From a virus (Duplodnaviria; Heunggongvirae; Uroviricota; Caudoviricetes): a stretch of 64,000 nucleotides of DNA. This document shows, one piece after another, positions 61,881-64,000 of this stretch (within the stretch, counting starts at the first letter, position 1; the number at the start of each line of letters is the position of its first letter). The stretch is from positions 184,333 through 248,332 of IMG/VR virus record IMGVR_UViG_3300028260_000001; one strand, 5' to 3'. Under the pieces are notes generated by a model, which worked only from the letters and a program-made list of their open reading frames with translations, ran no database searches and was not told where the DNA came from. The position numbers and the translations under genes are program-made.

Positions 61881-62516
61881 TTAAGGGATCAAGCCTTGAT
61901 CTTTCAGTTTCTTGATGATTTGCTCAGCAACTGCCAAGCGTTGAGTGAGAGCTAGATTCTTTTGTTGCTCTTCAGCAAGCCGAGCGTAATCAGTCGTACG
62001 ATTGGAAATCGCAGCTTCACGTTTAGCTTCGTTGGTTTCGTGTTGCTCTGGAGTAACCACACTCAACAGAGGAACTACACCAATGTTGATCGTAGGTTCA
62101 ACACCGATTGTATCCGAGATAACTTTCGCTACTTGAGTCGTCAAGAAATCTAAAGATACCGTAACAGGTAAAGCACCGCACGATGCAGACAACACAACGT
62201 GGTGATAAGCTTTCGAATCCAATGAAGGATAAGCTGTTACAAAAGAAGAAGGGATGTAGATAGGTGCATCGGTATCTGACAACAGTGTCAGGATCATTAC
62301 ACCATTACGACGGTCTTCAGTGTATACTGAATTGGCAATAGCCATCGGACCGTAATATGTTTCGAATACGTTCTCGCCTTTGTTCTCAAGGTCGATGAAC
62401 GAACGGATTGCACCGAGTGTATAAAGGAGACCTGGTTTCGTCACGAAAGGGTTCTTGACCTCCCAGCGTCCTTTGATTCCAATTTGCGGGATTACGTTAG
62501 CCATGACAGCGCCCAT
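61881..62516 (-). CDS. virion structural protein (conserved in phiKZ-like phages)
   Basis: 211 aa, late-operon context; start may be ATG 62504. Confidence 0.7.
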   Translation of the reverse strand: MGAVMANVIPQIGIKGRWEVKNPFVTKPGLLYTLGAIRSFIDLENKGENVFETYYGPMAIANSVYTEDRRNGVMILTLLSDTDAPIYIPSSFVTAYPSLDSKAYHHVVLSASCGALPVTVSLDFLTTQVAKVISDTIGVEPTINIGVVPLLSVVTPEQHETNEAKREAAISNRTTDYARLAEEQQKNLALTQRLAVAEQIIKKLKDQGLIP

Positions 62517-62548
62517 GTGGATTGATTAATCATCAGATTGGGCATAAA

Positions 62549-62563
62549 GGAGCCCGAAGGCCC
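62549..62563 (-). terminator. imperfect UUCG hairpin terminator
   Basis: GGGGCC-TTCG-GGCTCC then TTTATGCC. Confidence 0.6.
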
Positions 62564-62566
62564 CTG

Positions 62567-63880
62567 TTATGTAAACTCTTCTACGGACGACTTAGTAACG
62601 ACCAGATAATTCACGCGTTGGAACACTGCCGATGCATAAACTACACCATCACGAATCATACGCGATACACCCAGTGGTACTGAAGTGTAACGGTCCATGG
62701 TTTCTGCAACCTTCAACAGGTTAGCAAACACCAGCAACCATTCACCTGTAGTTTCTGGATCCAGTCGATCAAAGTCAGCTGTGTTGTTCGTTACCAACAT
62801 GTAGTCTGGGAACTGCTTCGAGAACCGTACAATGCCACCGCGGTTCTGCGGGTTACCAACAACACCGAAAGCCACAGACTTGTAAGTATGCGATGCCAGT
62901 TCGTATTGAGCGTTAACCCAAGCTGTGGTGTAAGCTGGACCACGAGCAGTACGACGTAGCAATACAACTTCAGTACGTGGGTCTACAATCGGGCTATAGA
63001 AACCTGCACCTAAGATACCTGCTTCTACCGAGTACTTATGCCAGAACGGAGTGATAATGAACTCGGTCTTCTTAAAAAGGTCCGGTAGAATCGCTTCCCA
63101 CTCTTCACGAGTATGTGTGGTATTAGCCATGATATCAGCAATGATCTTGTCATTGATGAAGTCTTGGTTGTCAGCAGCTACACCGTACAGCAATGCCATC
63201 CAGCGAGCTGGGTAACGCTGTGTAGTGTCACGTGAGTTAACGTAGTCGTAGGTTAACGACTTCAGTTGAGTATACGGATACTCTGCACGCTTAGCTTGAA
63301 CCTCAGCGAGTTTCTCATCGAGGTCGTAGGCTTTCAACGCTTCGATAACAACCAGCGGATCTTTGAAGAAGTCATCGTACGGAATCAACGGGTGAACGAT
63401 GTCGATGAAGTATTCATCATACTGACCAGCAAACGATTCATCTGCGTACCAGAGTTGGACGCGGTTAGTTTCGGCTGGAGCAGACATCTCGAAGACAACA
63501 TACTCTGGCAACCAGATCGTGTTGTTGGTAAGCATCTTACCAGTCGAGAAAGATTTAAGTAATGGACCGAATTCGGCCAGAACGAGTTGACGAACGACTT
63601 GTGGATCAGAAGTGATCGAACCAGCGATAGCACGGTCCAGTAGATATTTAGACAGCTTGAGGACCAGGTCCTTGGTTGCTGCATCAACATCTACCTTGGT
63701 TTCATCCCTTACGCTATGAAAGGAAAAAAACACTGTATTCGGTACTGGCGTGCTGGTGTGGGTCGTTACGTCTTTTGCATAGGTGAGACTGTTTTTAGAA
63801 ATCTCACCGAATTTCGCAACTTGGTCAGGTACGTTACTGACCATGGAAGGGTATCCAATGAAACCTTTCAAGTTATACAT
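62567..63880 (-). CDS. virion structural protein (conserved in phiKZ-like phages)
   Basis: 437 aa, GAGGA SD, late-operon context. Confidence 0.75.
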   Translation of the reverse strand: MYNLKGFIGYPSMVSNVPDQVAKFGEISKNSLTYAKDVTTHTSTPVPNTVFFSFHSVRDETKVDVDAATKDLVLKLSKYLLDRAIAGSITSDPQVVRQLVLAEFGPLLKSFSTGKMLTNNTIWLPEYVVFEMSAPAETNRVQLWYADESFAGQYDEYFIDIVHPLIPYDDFFKDPLVVIEALKAYDLDEKLAEVQAKRAEYPYTQLKSLTYDYVNSRDTTQRYPARWMALLYGVAADNQDFINDKIIADIMANTTHTREEWEAILPDLFKKTEFIITPFWHKYSVEAGILGAGFYSPIVDPRTEVVLLRRTARGPAYTTAWVNAQYELASHTYKSVAFGVVGNPQNRGGIVRFSKQFPDYMLVTNNTADFDRLDPETTGEWLLVFANLLKVAETMDRYTSVPLGVSRMIRDGVVYASAVFQRVNYLVVTKSSVEEFT

Positions 63881-64000
63881 TTAACGGTCCTCATGAGCGG
63901 GCGATGGTAATCCATCTATAAAATTGATAGTCCCGCTTGTGTTAACGATAAACGCCATGGTAGAGTGGGGAGTTCCCCATGGGAATGTTGTCTACCGTTT

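Noticed and set aside
3741-62563. CCCGAAGG repeats as a CRISPR array or REP/IS ends
   Set aside because: Dispersed, with different stem sequences, located at gene ends; behave as terminators

Overview
The window is a 64 kb segment of a phiKZ-like (nucleus-forming, Chimalliviridae-type) jumbo phage genome. The host is probably a gammaproteobacterium, possibly Pseudomonas, but this is not proven. The assignment rests on a syntenic core block: tail lytic-transglycosylase giant protein, two split virion RNA polymerase subunits (beta' with the ADFDGD motif, and beta), head maturation protease, SbcC, spike plus PAAR, and four paralogous inner-head proteins. The window also has a SNF2-like helicase, NAD-dependent ligase, dCTP deaminase, thymidylate kinase, a tail-fibre/receptor-binding cassette and one GIY-YIG homing endonuclease. 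Islands of small hypothetical genes are interleaved with the core. They are driven by TATATTAC-type early promoters and bounded by 17 hairpin terminators, 14 with cUUCGg loops on the minus strand. The most striking unexplained signal is at 8600-8771, an apparently ORF-less, structured, terminator-ended minus-strand unit containing a perfect 16-nt complement (AGGAGGTGATCCAGCC) of the conserved 3' end of bacterial 16S rRNA. It is a candidate phage small RNA that binds ribosomes. No tRNA, rRNA gene, CRISPR array or IS element was seen. phiKZ gp numbers are given from recalled synteny and motifs, not from a database search.
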